A DNA stretch of 64,000 nucleotides from NCBI GenBank assembly GCA_001662655.1, contig KV460237.1; one strand, given 5' to 3'. This DNA comes from Pseudogymnoascus verrucosus (taxonomy: Eukaryota). A program made the position numbers and the translations under genes. The notes under the pieces are model-generated. The model was not told the DNA's origin and did not search any database. It saw only the letters and a list, made by a program, of their open reading frames with translations. Below are positions 1-14,564 of the stretch, piece after piece. Every line of letters starts with the position of its first letter. Position 1 is the stretch's first letter.

Positions 1-544
1 CTACGTTCTGAAGCTGGAGTCGTAATGAAATTCTATTGTGACGTTAGAACTATATTTAAATAGAGGTACTTGGTATTGGTTACTGAATATCCCTTGGCCT
101 ATTTGATGCAACGCCGTCAGAGTAGTTTACTGTGCCTATCAATAATGATAGAGTGCTCTTTAGGGCTTCCAAAGACTGCAGATGAGTAGCAAATTTAGAT
201 TTCTCAAATACCCAACGTATTCGAAGTATAAACCGCTTTTGAGCACTACCAGTGAGTTCCACTAGCGGTCGGAGCCTCTTGAGAAGGTTGCTGCTATCAT
301 CCAATATAGTTTGGCAAAGCGTAATCAGGCCATCGGCAATGGTCTTTGCCTTGGGCGAAATTGGCTCCTTCGTCACTAAAGCATCGCTCAGGTTGGTAAG
401 AACTTGAGCAAGTGAGCTAGCATTTGAAGCAAAGGCGCGTACTTCAACGCCTGCCGTTCCAATGGCGGCTGCGATACTGAATAATGAGATAGAGAGTTTC
501 GCGGCACCACCAGCGACGCCGATAGTTAACCCGATTTGAGCCAT
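1..544 (-). CDS. Protein with fungal N-terminal HeLo-like/SesA-type helical domain, 5' part only (runs off the left edge)
   Basis: ORF 80..544 has a hydrophobic first helix (MAQIGLTIGVAGGAAKLSISL) and an RIRWVFEK...LEALKSTLSLL signature typical of fungal STAND N-terminal domains. Probable intron 33..83 (GTAA...CTAAC...TAG). Confidence 0.6.
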
Positions 545-1173
545 ATATTACACAGAGACAGATAATAGAAAAGTTCGGTAAAAGAGAGATGCATATATAT
601 TGTAGTAGCGGGGTCACTTTCTAACCGCCTCACTTTCCTCCATGCAAGGCTAGCATAGCCACTGCCAGGGGTTCACCACGGAGGCGCAGGAGCCAACAAA
701 TGTGCTCCCTGCCTTATGGCTGTGTAAAAACGAGCGCCAGCAAACCTACCCAAGGCCGTCAACAAGGCCTACATAGGTAAATAAAACCCCACAGCATGCA
801 GCGGCTACATATCCTTGCCAGCTTGAAGCGGGCTATCACAAGAGTGGCTGGGGAAATTTCTTTGTGAATATAAGTCGAATATGGAGAATATTGAGATAGT
901 ATTTGCTTGCGTATTTTCAAATGTACTAAAACGCTACTAAAAACTCGCATACCTTCTTTCAGTGAATGTACCTGTCTATATATGTTCTAGTCCAACTGTA
1001 AATTTTGCCCGCTCATAATGTGGCCGGCAGCTCACGAGGAAGAATAACCCTCGGCTGGGCTGGAACATATACTATATATCGCTCCTTAGCATCTTTTATC
1101 GGTCTTGTCTTATTATATTTCATAACTCATAATCATGTCCAAGAAGATAGGGAGCTAGCTGAAAAATGCGCAG

Positions 1174-2677
1174 CTAAACCCTCTCTTTCATCCAGCCCAG
1201 TTTCTTTCCAAGGAAACTCACTCCGCCCACCGCCGCAGTGATGCCAGTGAACACGATCAACCCACCATATCCAGTTCCATATGCCAGAGTGGCCTTGCCT
1301 TGCCACGGCCTGGAGCTGAGAAGAGCTTCACTCAGCGGCCCAGAAGCCACAGCTCCAATGCCCCTTCCAGCGGACAAAATACCAAGCAATGTGCCAACAT
1401 CCGTCGTTTCATCGAGGCCTTTCACCGCCTTAACGATGCCGGAAATGGTGGTGACAAACCCCCCAGCGAATAAACCATACAAGATGCTAAATACGATTAG
1501 CAGAGGGAGAGCATCTGAGAACCCCCAAAACAAGAAGACGGAGAGTACAGCACCGACAGTGCTGATGATAACCACAGTCGTCACGTGGAAGCGGTCGATC
1601 AGCATCCCCAGTAAGATCGTACTTGGCACAGATGATGCGTTTACCAGGGCGACAAGGAGCGTGCCGATTGATGGACCATAGCCGAGTGAACGTGCAAAAG
1701 TCGGCAAGTAGATGCTCGGGATGAAGTACCCCAGGCTCTCCATGGTGAGGCCCATTTGGAGGAGCCAAAATGTTTTGGTTCGGAGGAATCCTAGGCCCTG
1801 GCGAACTGGTTGCCGAGTCTGGGAGGGTGGTATCCGTGCCCGCAGGAAATAAATCAATGGTGCTGATATGACAGTGATGACCACAGCCCATATCCTGAGC
1901 GTGTTGCGGAAACCGTATGCATGCAGAAGCCAGTTGATGGTAAAAGGGATGCATAGGCCGGCAGCGCCCGAGCCACCCTTCGATGAGTGTTAGAGGATGT
2001 GTCAGAAACGGAAGGAAGCTCTGACTTACCCACATAATCCCAAACGCTAACCCCTTCCTCTCAATGAACCAACCGTCTACGAATGCAAGTGCCGGGTAGT
2101 ATACGACTGATCCACCAAGAGCAAACATAACTCCCTGGGTGAGGAGCAGGTGGTTCACACTGTTGGCGAAGGAGGCAGCGATTAATGCTGTCGCCATGAG
2201 AGGTAGCCCGACCCATTTTGAGCGGTCAGCAAGGTTGGGCCAAGTCTTATATGCGGGGAAAAGTAGTAGGCCAGCCATATACATGATTCCCTGGAGACTA
2301 TGTTAGAGAGCATAACTTTTTAACAAGCAGGCAACTCACAGTAGACGTTGTGCTGATGGTAGCGATATTGGTTGCACCGGCGAAGGGTTTGTGGGTGCTA
2401 TAGTAGTCCTGGAAGACCCCAAATGAGAATGAGAACCCTGTGTAACAATTTAGCATTTATAACAATATGAGACATAAAAAAAGATTCTTAACCAACCCCA
2501 TACGAGAGCTTCGATGACAGTGCTAGCTGCTAGAAACAACCAAGCATCTTTTCCTCGATCTGCCCTTCGCGGGGTAATTACGAGTGCGGTTTGCTCTTCT
2601 TCGCTACTGGGAGAATTTCCGCTTTCTACGTGCCGCTCACGCAGTTCGCCCATAGCAATATCGCTGGAAGAATTCAT
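1174..2677 (-). CDS. MFS monocarboxylate-transporter-like (MCH family) permease, multi-exon
   Basis: Motifs DRGKDAWLFLAASTVIEALVWG, GWFIERKGLAFGIMW and GYFIPSIYLPTFARSLG; many TM segments across ORFs 2450..2677, 1487..2284 and 1174..1884; GT-AG introns between them. Confidence 0.85.
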
Positions 2678-3074
2678 CTAAGCAAATTTATTATTCAATT
2701 CAGCACTTTTGGAATATTTCAATTATATTTCAATTATGAATTGTCGGTGTGTCGGTATCGGCACATAGCCTACGGTGCCTGAATCTGGACTCGGGGGAAA
2801 GTCGGTGGGTCGGATGGATGACTAAGCTAGTTTTTTTTGGCGTAGTGCGGGGTGCGCTTGGTGGGGTGAAGTTCAAGGAACGTCCGGGATGGAACGACAA
2901 GCCTAAGAGAGAGTTTCACTAACCGATTCACCTTTATAAATTCAGTCCTTGTCTGCTTGGCTACAAAGCTATATAGCTATCAACTCACTTATATAAACTG
3001 GGAGGATGCCATTCTGCAACATCCAGTCTTAATTTTTCAAAACCCCCCGCAGTGCGGAGATAGATCATCGCAAA

Positions 3075-4599
3075 ATGGACTTCAATGGCTCGTCACCGTT
3101 CCCGGAGGGCGTCATCTCCTTCCTCGACACGGATTTGTACAAGCTCACGATGCAATGTGCGGCTTTGAAGTACTTTCCAGATGTGCCGGTCACATATGCA
3201 TTCAAGAACCGGACGCCAGAGAAGAAGCTATCCAGGGCCGCCTTCGACTGGCTTCAAATCCAGATTAACAGTCAGTCACACCCCCCCCCCCACCAGGAAC
3301 CGCTAGAGGCATTACTGACTGATACAACTAGAGCTCGGGAACATCTCGCTGTCAGATGACGAGTACAACTTCCTCAAGTCAACATGCACATACCTGAACG
3401 AGCCGTATCTTCGCTACCTTCAAGATTTCCGCCTGAACCCGAGGGAGCAGATCAAAGGAACGTTCGTCCCGGACGAAGATACTGGCAAGGATACCGACAT
3501 CGGTGAATTTCAGCTCGAGATCAAGGGTCTATGGGTGGAGACGATACTGTACGAGATCCCGTTACTGGCCTTGACCAGCGAAGCCTACTTCCGCTTCATG
3601 GACACAGAGTGGTCCTATGACGGCCAAGAAGAGAAGGCATACGAGAAGGGCATCCGTCTGCTCGAAGGCGGCTGCATCACCTCCGAATTCGGCACCAGGA
3701 GGAGACGCGACTACCACACCCAAGCTCTCGTCTTTCGCGGCCTCGTCCGCGCCAACAAAGACGGCATCCAGCGCGGCCTCCCCGGCAAGATCTCGGGAAC
3801 AAGCAACGTCCACCTCGCCATGCGCTTCGGCATCCCCCCCATTGGAACCGTTGCCCACGAATGGTTCATGGCCGTCGCGGCCATCACCAACGACTATGAG
3901 CACGCCACCGAGACAGCCCTCAGCTATTGGATTGGCTGCTTCGGCAAGGGCGTCCTCGGCATTACCCTCACTGACACCTTCGGCACGCCCATCTTCCTCC
4001 GCGCCTTCGGCAAGCCCATTCCCCGCCTCGCTTCCGCCCTGCACAGCGCTGCCACCACCGCCACCTCATCAGACGGCGCGAATCACCTTGCTTCCACCGA
4101 ACCGCCGCAACATTCGCCACCAGTCGACACGGCAGAGACGGACATGACATATGCCCAGGCCTTCACCGGCGTGCGCCAGGACTCAGGCGACCCCGCGACA
4201 TTCGTGAAAACCCTGCGTACCTTCTACGACAGCCAAGGCATCACAGAGAAGAAATCCATCGTCTTCTCCGACTCCCTCAACATCGAGCTCTGCCTAAAAT
4301 ACAAAGCGCTCTCCGAGGCGGCGGGCTTCGCGCCCGCCTTCGGCGTGGGCACGTTCCTCACGAACGACTTTATTAATCTGAAGACGGGGAAGAAGTCGGT
4401 GCCGCTGAATATTGTGATTAAACTGTCCAGTGCGGCGGGGAGACCGGCGATTAAGATTAGTGATAATGCGGGGAAGAATACCGGGGACGAGGAGACAGTC
4501 GTGGAGGTTAAGAGGAGATTGGGGTATGTGGAGCAGGAGTGGGAGGGGGTGGATGAGGCGACGAGGTGGGGGACCGAGGATGCTCCTGCTGCGCAGTGA
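3075..4599 (+). CDS. NPT1: Nicotinate phosphoribosyltransferase
   Basis: Motifs SFLDTDLYKLTMQ, SEFGTRRRR, GTSNV, GTVAHEW, GVRQDSGDP, IVFSDSL and KISDNAGK; intron 3271..3331 joins the two ORFs in frame. Confidence 0.96.
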
Positions 4600-5116
4600 G
4601 GGGTGTGTGCTTGTTATTGGATATTGGCCATTATTTTTTCTTTGGTTTGCATGATGATATGAGTTGGTTTATTTGGAGAGCATTGTGTGTAGAATGTTGG
4701 CGGCGGCTTAGACTTTTTCCGTGCGTGCATTGGGCGGTCTTTCGTGGGATACTTTGAAATATTCCGGCTATCATGGCCTTGAAATTTCAGCAGAGAGAAA
4801 GGATAATAGTCGGCATCTAATTAGAAGCACAAAAATAGACTTGCATTCTAGTACGATTACTATCTATCTCGCTTTTAACTGCCTCCGGATGATAGCAGAT
4901 CGTATCTGCTTCTTACTTCCGAGGCTTCGCATGGAGCCCGTCAATGTCTCACTCGCCGGCAGCACTGTGCCCGGGCTTGAGATAGAGGATATGTGCCTTG
5001 CGCACATCCAGTGGTGTACATAGAGGTGCACATCAGTTTGTCATCTCAGGGCAAACGGTATCCTCAGACTCGACATATGCGCTAGTTTTATGTATAACAG
5101 ATTCGCCCCGAGTTCC

Positions 5117-7108
5117 TCAGAACCTGCCAATGTCACGACCAAAAGCCCAATTGATGAGCCTGCCTAAACGTTAGAACTGTGCTCCCCAATTTGTACGATG
5201 GAGACATAGACATACCAATAAATCGGGATCAACAACTTATTCCTCCAACTGATCGTCTGCGTCAAATACGCCCCCCTCCAAACCAACCACGCCGCGAACC
5301 TGCCCACCCATTAGCTCCCATCCTCAACACCTAAATAAACACAAACTGAAAAAACGACAAGACTTACCCCGTAACCTCACTATTCCCCCCCGTCTGCATA
5401 ATCGCCTTCCAATTCCCCAAATACGTCATAATCCCCAAATTCTTATACGAGAACCCACCTCCCCTCCCCACATCCCCCGCATTAAGTCGCCGCGCGAGCC
5501 AGAGCGCAGATTGATTCGCTACCTGTGCTGTGGCGGGGAGGGGGCCGGAGTGAGGGACCGCGACGTCGCCGAGGGCGAAGACGTTTTGCATTGTTGCTGG
5601 TTTGGATGGGGTGGTGGTGTTGGTTGGGTTGGTTGAGTTGGGGGAGGAGCCGTTGAGCTGGACGCGGAAGTGGGAGTCTACTAGCAGACCGCCGGATTTG
5701 GGATCGCGTGCTAGGTGCCAGTTGAGGGACTCTGGTGGGGGAGAGGGAAGGGATGAGGAGTTGGATGGGGGAGTGGTGATAGAGGCGCTAGGGTAGCTGT
5801 GTACATCGTTAAGCGCCTTTTGGATAAAGGGGTTCATCATCAGCCCTGCAGTCAAGTCAGCCTGTATCCCCGCCTGTAAATTGAAATACGCACCAGTAGA
5901 CCAAACACACATCCCCACCCCCACCTCCCCATCCTCCTCAGTCGTCAACGTAAACCCCGAACTCCCATCCTCCTCCTCCGCCCCCGGGAGCCCAGGACGC
6001 AAACCCCTAATATGGTGCGAAGTCTTGATCGCTATCCCATCACGTCGGAAATGGTTAGTCGCGTAGTCGGCGAGCCGCTTGTCGAACATGGAGAGGATGG
6101 TAGGGGCGACATCGTAGATGCTGATGCGGGTGTGTTGGATGAGGGAGGGGTAGAGTTTGCGGAGGTCGTCGTTGCAGAGGTCAAAGAGCTCGGCGGAGAA
6201 TTCGACGCCGGTTGCTGGTGGGGGGTTAGTTTTGATCCAGGGGGCTTTGGAAGGAGAGGGGGGACTCACGTCCTCCGCCGACGACGGCGAAGTTTAGGAG
6301 TTGTCGCTTCACTTTCTCGGGTGTTGAGGGAAGGGATGCTTCTTCGAAACCTGGGATGGTTAGTATGCCGTCACTTCAGGGGTCATGTGAGAAATGCATA
6401 CAATCCAAAATCCTCTTCCTGATCTTCCTCGCATCACCCACATCCTTCAGGAAGAAAGCATTCTCTCTCACACCCGGCGTCCCAAATGTCTGCGAGTAAC
6501 ACCCCACTGCAACGACCAATTTATCATAATCCAGGTTGAACCTCTTCCCCTTCTTAGTCCCCGGCGCAACCGCCTCATCTGCCGTCTGCATCGGCGCCGT
6601 CGACTGCGTCATCATCGCATTGACCTCGACAGTGATCCGCTTGTCGGCGAAGCTGACGTCGTCCGCCCATCCTTGGTAATACTCTGTGTCAGCGACGCGG
6701 GCGCGGACGGACTCGATGGCGGTGCGGAACTCGAGGGTGCCGACGGCGGTGGAGGCGAGAAGGGGTGTGAAGGCGAAGTAGGGGCGGGGGGAGATGACGA
6801 CGGGTTGGTACTTTTTCTTGTCTAGCTTGCGGGAGAGGTTGAAGCCTGCCCAGCTGGAGGGGGGGTTAGTATATATATATTGCATGATATCTTTGGTTGG
6901 GGAGGGTTACCCTGAGCCAAGAATCACAACTCGTTCTCTGTCTGAGACTTGTTAGGGTCTGGTAATTCAATGGGGGGGAATAAAATATACCTCCTTTCTT
7001 TCTATCTAATTCAATAGTTGATATACTCCTCCGAAGCTGTTCTTCCAGCCTCGTCACGCGAGTGAGTTGAGGCTGGGCTCGTCTGGTAGCAAGACCAAGC
7101 GACGTCAT
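5117..7108 (-). CDS. Type II (alternative) NADH:ubiquinone oxidoreductase, multi-exon
   Basis: Motifs SPRPYFAFTPLLASTAVGTLEFR, YDKLVVAVG, TGVEFSAEL, VFALGD and LPATAQVANQ; spliced C-terminus WLINWAFGRDIGRF*; Arg-rich presequence-like N-terminus. Confidence 0.9.
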
Positions 7109-8027
7109 GACAGCTCAGATGCAATGATTTTTATATTGCAATGAACACTTTCGCATATAGCGGGCAGACACTCTATATAGTACAGAGACAGGCCCTTGCC
7201 TCAAGAAATTGGAAATATAAAAGTTTAGTTTTCATATATGCATATATGCAACTCACTCGTGACTCGTACCTCATACGAAAAGCAACCGGAGTTACACGGG
7301 AGGACCCCTATGACCTCACCCGGTTTGTTTCCTTGGCCTTTGCCTCCTGCATTCGGAGTTTGATATCCTCCGGTGCTTAATATTTTTAAGTAAAGTTTGT
7401 AGTAATTTAGTGCATGTGAGAGGGGAGAATGAATCGAGTCGGAGCTCTAGGATTCCGCCTCTTACAAATATGAGAATCTAGAGGCGACTCACAGTGTTAT
7501 AACTTCGTATTTGCCTGGCGGCATCTTCGGAGCGTGATGATATGAGATTTTACGACCCACAAACCTGACCTTATGATACAAAACAAGTTTATATCCTCCA
7601 TAATAACCCATAAAAGAAGCATACAAGAAATACTCGATAAGCTTACAATCCCCCTCCATTCTCGGAGAATTTTAAAAAGTGTCGACAGGGCCAAAAAATA
7701 CCTCGGTACTTTCCTAACCCCAATGATCGTCACAGCTCCAAACAGCTTCCCGCCAGCACACCTTATCTAATCCGCAAGGCTGAAACTAACCTCCAGGCGC
7801 GTCAACCTCCCTCCATCCCACCATCATCCAGTCACCCACATGCAAATCCACCCCCAAGGTGCCCAACACCACTCGGCCGACACGATATTCACACTCTCTC
7901 CGCCGACATCGCCATCCCATCTTGACGCCCAATCCTCCCAACCCGTTCTCCCTCGAGCTTTACAGCCATCAATAGAGCGCCCATCACCCACAACCATCCC
8001 GCAACCACCCGCGCCGTCGACCCCACC

Positions 8028-8872
8028 ATGGCCCCCCTCCGCCGCTACCTCCGCATAACCCCCTCCTCCGTCCTCGAAGTGCGCATCTACCCGTCCCCTC
8101 CCGGCCCGTGGCTGCTCTCGACGCGCTCGCTGCTGACGCGCGTGTTGGCTGCGGTGAGGCCGTTGATCTTGCCGAAGTTGAGGGAGGAGAATGAGAGGGT
8201 CAAGGCGAGGGGGAGGGGGAGGGGGGTGAAGGATGTTGTTTCTGGTGGTGAGTGGGGTTTCTTTTTATGGGAATGGGGATGTTGTGAGGTAGTTGTTGGG
8301 TATGGATAGCTAATGGGTGCGCTATAGATGGTTTCGAAGTCTCGGTCTTCCTCACGGAGACGAGTACAAGGCATACAGTCCTCAAGAGGCGGAAGATCTT
8401 CCGGGAACCAGAACGAAAAGAGGATACGAACCCCGATGCCCCCGCCCCTCTACTGAGAGAGGAAGACGGCGACGACGACGTAGTGATCCAAGACGTCCCC
8501 CCCGAAACTGAATCCTCAAACCAACCCCCACCAACCCGCCGCTCCAAACGCACACGCCCGACCGAAGACACAGATACCCTCTTCGTCGCCGACTCCGACG
8601 CTTCCATCTCCTCCGCCTCAGACTCCGATGCTGGTGCCCCGCCGGCCAAGCGCGCGCGCTCAGCGGCACCACTGGGGGGAGCGGAGGAAGAGGAGCAGGA
8701 CGAGAAGAAGATGGCTATGCGGAGTGAGTATGACGGATACGGGATTTATGGACGGGTGTTGTGCTTGATTGTTACGAAGACGGCGGTTAAGGATGTGGCG
8801 GGGATGGGAGGGAGGGAGGTGATGGAGGAGTGGATTGCTTCGACGCAGAATCCGGCGGGGGAAGCTACTTGA
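8028..8872 (+). CDS. Conserved fungal hypothetical protein (2 exons)
   Basis: MAPLRRYLRITPSSVLEVRIY...LPKLREE is spliced through a GTGAGT..CTAAT..TAG intron (~8248-8327) to DGFEVSVFL...YDGYGIYGRVLCLIV...MEEWIASTQ. Confidence 0.7.
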
Positions 8873-11800
8873 AGAGGGGGATATGGTTAAGACAGAAATA
8901 TTGTTGTATGGGAGATGCGGCGGGTGATTATTGGGAGTCGCCGGGCATCTAACTTCGCCTGTTGTGTCTGGGAACTGCTGGCGCCTAGACATTCCACCAC
9001 ATGCTGCAAAGGCCTAACGGTGCCGCTACACAGACAGGCAGGTCTCATCCTGCACGCGAGACATCAATGTTCCACGGCCCCTTTGCGCCGTCGACTCCCG
9101 TCACGCATCAAACAGGTCTTCTGGCGAACGGGCAACTTCCATAACAGGGCTGTGGCCGAATTGATAGACGCCCTGGGGTGTTCGCTGGGGCCAAGCTGGT
9201 CGGGGAGGTTGGGATGACTTGCGAGTATCTGGTTGCTGCTGGATGGCGGACCTATGCAGAGGACGACTGGTCTGGTCAAAAGAGCGTTTGACCCATGGAG
9301 AAGGGAAGATGAAGTCCTGAGGAGGGGATAGAGGTTGGTTTGAGTAGGTATCCTGCATATAACCGCCGCAGTGTTACATTCTTGTGTGTAACTATAGAAC
9401 ACAATGCAAGAGCATTGAAGTAATCGTAATCCCAGCTATATACTCGTATCACCTTCTTATTTTGTTGCCTGACATGTAACGGATGACTGGCGACAAACGG
9501 AGATTCCCATAGTTACCGTAAGGTTGAGTCTGTTGCCATTGGGAATTTCAACCTCCGTCAAATGGACATCTAGGAAGCTCCTCATGACTAGCCATCACAT
9601 CAATCCCAACGAAGCTCATCGCGACGCGACTCATTACCTCCCCGCTATCTTACATCAGTGCAGTATCCTCGAATATCCTCGAATATCCTTGAGTAACAAG
9701 CAGACTTCACAGCGTAAGCGGCACGACGCGTACCAATCCTACATGGATACTTCACAAATCCTCGTTTGAAGCAGCCCAACCCAACCTACCCAAACCTCCC
9801 AACATAACCAACACCACCCGGCCCTCCCGCACCTCCATGGAGAAGCAATCACCAAGTGCGGGGAGGATGTCTCAGTTCCTACCCCACAGTCTCAACAACG
9901 CAGCGCAGGCCATGCCATCAACTACCGTCCTGCACCGCTCGTCACCACATCACCACATCCAACATGCAGCTGCACCGCGCGAGTCATGCTTCACGCAGTA
10001 CCCCAGACGCATGGGAAGGTGCTTGTTCAGCCCCTGGCTATAACGCGGCGATCGCGGTCGGTCTGCAAGCTGTGCTGTGCTGTGCTGCACGAGGGAGCTC
10101 TTTCAATCAGTGCTCCTGCAGGCTGTACCTTGGAGGTTGGGGGACAAACAGGCCACTTCTGATGCGGTGATGAACCGATATAGAGAGGTGCATGAGGTGT
10201 GCATTGCCGGGTCGGTCCAAAGTATGGGGTACTTACGGAGCTGAGCTATGCTGTACTGTACAGTACCTTCATGGCTCCTTCTGTGTCAGCATCGATGAAA
10301 CCTGGGTGCTGCTGTGCTGGAACAAGAAAGTCCTATAATAACAGCGACCTATATTGGACATGGACCACGGCACTTCATGGCTTAGCAAGAACTAGAAGGA
10401 GGGTAAACAAAGACTCAGCCCCGCTGACACCGACGACAAGGCAGTGACAAGTCGGAGATAATCAGTGACGACACCGCCCCAACTCCCCTCCGCCGCGTGG
10501 CACCAGGATCAGCACCTCGACCCAATCAGCCGGACACGACCAGGGCGCTGGGTGGGTGTGGATATGGGGAGATTTTGTTCGGATGAGACCTGCTGCAGGA
10601 TAGGGTCGTATCGGGCAATACCTGCCCCGGCCTCTCTCACCACTCAACCATTCTTAAATGACTACATACATGCTGCCACGGCACGGTGATGATGGCCTGT
10701 TGGGATTGATATTGCCACCTTACTGTACTTCGTACCTTGATTTTGGGGGATCGTCAGGTGCCTGGTATGCCTGTGCGACGTGGGATTTGAGGTGGGATTG
10801 TGATATGCGCAGGGGAGGAGGAGGAGTCACTTTCTCTCTTCAACGGGACAGGCACAGGCACAGGGGGAAAGGGGATCATGTCCTAGGCAGGCACGGTATA
10901 TTGCCAATGCTAATACCAAAAGTGAAAATTTCCGGACCAATGCGCAACACCAACACCATTCCCGGACGCCAAGGGAGGCAAACGAAACAACCTGAAATCT
11001 TCGATGACGAGCTCCTCCAAGTCTGTCCATCACATGACGCCCTCTCAAACACCCTAGATTTCGTATCCATATGGAGCCAATCTGAAGATCCATCCTCCAA
11101 GCTACTCTCCATGGAGCCAAGAAGCACAAGGGCAGATGAAAATGAATCCCATCTTCGCAATTACCAATCCCAACTAAGCACGCCAAACCCACCGCTAAAC
11201 CCACGCGAAACCCACCACCGCTAACCTGCCAACTAACTAAACTCCCTAACGGCCACCACTCCCGCGCGTCCCGCCCTTCTCGAAGGAAAATAAAAAGGGG
11301 AAGGAAGGGAAAAAGAGGAAAATCGTGAGCGCGATGTGGGGGTCCAAACCCCACTACTCTATCACTTTGTTTTGCGTAGCGCGCCAATAATTCACCCTCG
11401 GTGCGGGAGATTAGAGAGTGGATTTTCTCCTTCTTCTTCTTCTTCTCCTCGGTATTGCACGTGGGGGTTACGGACAGGCGGGTGTGTCGGGTGAGTTCGG
11501 TGTCTGAGGCTATGGGAAAGGACCGACAGACAGACAGTCTGGATGAGACGTGGCCTGTTGTGTGTGGTCTCCTTTCGCATTCGCTTTCGTGTTTGTCTCC
11601 CCAAGGCAAGACCGGCCGAGACAAGGCAAAGGCAGGGCGGGCGATCTCAAGGACGTACGGGGGATACACAGTAAATTAACCCAACAAACCCTACCTTAGA
11701 GCAGCCTCGTCGGCGCCACGGCACCGAAAGGAGACTTAAAATTCGCAGCCTCGTTGCCCGGCTGCCTGTCGGCCGAACTGTCGGGTCAGCGAAACGTGGG

Positions 11801-14534
11801 TTGCTGAATCGTACTTTTGGGGGCGAGCGGTGTACATTACATCCTTAGTTGTATGTACAAACTCACAGGATACACCAAGTGCCAACAGAAAGTACGATTT
11901 CGCGGCTACGGCGGTGAGCCAAAACGACACTCAGACGAACCACTCAGTTCGTTCGTGCCACATAAACTCCAATCCCAAACCCCCTCACCCCTGCTGTGGC
12001 ACTACAGTAACCCACCACTCCGGTCGGTGGCCGTTGCAGGGACTTTTTTCATTTTCACCTCTGTTCGATAAATTACCTTGGCCCTACTCCATACACGAAG
12101 TAGTAATGTCCACAAGCGGAAATAAGGGAGGCGAAAAATTACGGGAAGGCTAGCGTAGAAGGGGTATGAATCAGAGAAAATCGAGCAAGAGTTGTGAGAT
12201 TAGGCGGTGGAGACGTCATTTTATGGGCTTGGACGGGCGCGCAGGGGTGGCTTAATTTTGTGAGCGGAATCAAATGTACCGCCAGGAAGTCCCGGAGGGG
12301 CGGGTGGATGGGATGAGATGAAGGATGGCGATGGATAGGCAATGGTGATGGTGACGATGATTACTGTGTCCGGTACTCAATCCAATATCCCCTTGTCCCG
12401 CGTCCTTACTCCTTGCCCCTTGTCGCGGAGGAGGGCGAGTTTGAGTAGCGGAATCCGAGGAACTAAGGAGGCATTCGCTGACGAACGGCGCGGCGAGGGG
12501 ATGAGGTGAGACGAGGCTGTATTTGCGCCTGTTTCGCATTGGGAGGAGCCGGAAATAGACACGGTAGTCTTATTACTCGTCGTACTGAGTAAGCCAAGCT
12601 ACTCACCGATGAACACGATGAGCCCCATCCATGCCGATATTACACTTCCCCACTACTGACCGAGCGGTGCGAGGTCACCGCCATACTTTGTACGCCCCGA
12701 ACACAAAGGGTTCTGTCTAATAGAAGGGTAGCACCGAAAATAGCTTGCCCAGCCTCGCATCTCCGGTAGGTGAGGCAGGGGCATTTCCTTTCATTAGAAG
12801 ATTGGAAGTACTGTTGTACGAAGTATGTACTCTCACAGCGCGCGGCAGGGGTAAATTGGCACGACGGGGGGGAGAACAGAGTTGTAGCGTGACCCCCTTT
12901 GTCGGGACTGACAGTGACGTGGGTTGTGGGCTGGCAAGAGACAAGGTGACATAAGGGAGGACGGGGGCGTTCATGGAGACACTTTGCTGGAATGGGGACA
13001 GAGATCAGACAGGAGAGAGTCTCAAAGGGGAGTTGAGATTCATAGGGGACCTTCATAGGGGATGAATTCGGAAAGAAAGAAGGAAAGGAGAGACGCAGGG
13101 GAACGGTGAATGCCGTGTCTTCCATCGCGCCTTCACCCCATCTCATTCTCCTCGTCTCCGTTCCGTCCCACCCCTTTCCTTCACCGACAAGATGCAGGAG
13201 GCAGGAGAAGGAGTAATCAACTCAGCAATCATCTAATCACCTCGAATCATCTCGGCGCCCACTCACTCACTCACCCCGCACCCCTACCTACACACCACAT
13301 TACAGCAGTTGCTAGGCTTCCGTTTGTTGAGAAAGGAACAAAAACCGCAATATCCGTGCGCCCACACAAGGCTGCAGGAGCGCACGCACAGTGACATGTC
13401 ATTTTTCATTTCATCCCTGAACTCCGCGCAATTGCACAGTTCAGCACAACCAAACCGAACTGAGCACCACAATCAAACGCACAGCACAACACAGGCATCG
13501 GCGAAGACCGCGCGCCGTCCGTGCAACAAAGAAAGGCTGGCTCTTGTCATACCAGAACGACTAGGAAGTGAGATTACAGATTACAGTGCATGCATGTACC
13601 ACGGACGCACAGGAGCTCCTTACTCAACCAGTAGTGCAAACGCAGAGAAGGCGAATCCAATCCACTGGCCTGTTTCTGTTCTGTTCTAGTTCTGTTGTAC
13701 GCGCAAACTCGCTCAACCCCGTGCCCCGCGTGTGACTCTTCTCTCACTCACCGCACTCTTGGTAGTACGGGACTGTTAGAGTCAAGTTGAGCCAGTAGTG
13801 GTTGCACACTACCACTATAGGAGCACCACACACGAATCCCAAGCCCTCTCCTCCTTCTCTCTCCTCTCCTGGATCCCCTGCATCCGATATCACGCCGCCA
13901 GTCCGCCGCATCCGTTTGCAGCAGCGCCCGCAGTCGCGTCCGCCGCGCATCCCTTGGCTTGGTAATTGTGCGGCGGGCGGGGTGGGTTGGTGGGTTTGAG
14001 TGGGTGTCCACTGTAAATCAGGTACCAGAGACACCAATTTTTCTTGAGCCCATTTTTCTCTGCGTTTGGCGGGGTTCGGGCCAGGTACGCGTGCTTTGTG
14101 GTGGGTTTTTGACAATGGGGAAGGAATACATTCGACGTTGTGGGTATTGTATGATATTTTGTCGTGTGAGAAGAGTATGGTATGCGTGTGTATGCGTGTA
14201 TGCGATGCGAGTATCCTATGCGCTTATGCTGACTTTTGATACCGTATTACATACACATACATACTATAGACGGCAAGAATGGGAGAAGCGGCATGTCCGG
14301 ATGGTAATCGGACAGCATTCACGCACAATGCCATACAAGCCACCAAACACAAAACACAAAAATACACCAAAGCCGCGCCATGCACGCTCTTTATTCTTTG
14401 TCTCCACCCTGGTACCGTCGACGACGCCATAGTATAGTATAGTACCTCCTTAACACCCCCCCCCTACGAAAATCCCTGCAGTGGACTACATACTAACATA
14501 TTACACTAGTACTAAGAAATGGGCCCCTCAACTC

Positions 14535-14564
14535 TCCCTGTAATTCCCTGTAATTCCCTGTAAT
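14535..14564. repeat. 3 x 10-bp tandem repeat TCCCTGTAAT
   Basis: Read directly from the sequence; lies ~770 bp upstream of the micro-ORF ATG at 15332. Confidence 0.85.

Noticed and set aside
7410..7570. Possible snoRNA (stem TGTGAGAGG/CCTCTTACA, TGATGA and CTGA boxes)
   Set aside because: Box spacing and hairpin sizes do not fit H/ACA or C/D architecture convincingly; an Infernal/Rfam search would be needed.
9064..14432. Many 60-280 aa ORFs in the long intergenic region
   Set aside because: No recognisable domains, often non-ATG starts, low complexity, and no consistent exon chain. ORF 9101..9358 cannot be fully excluded.
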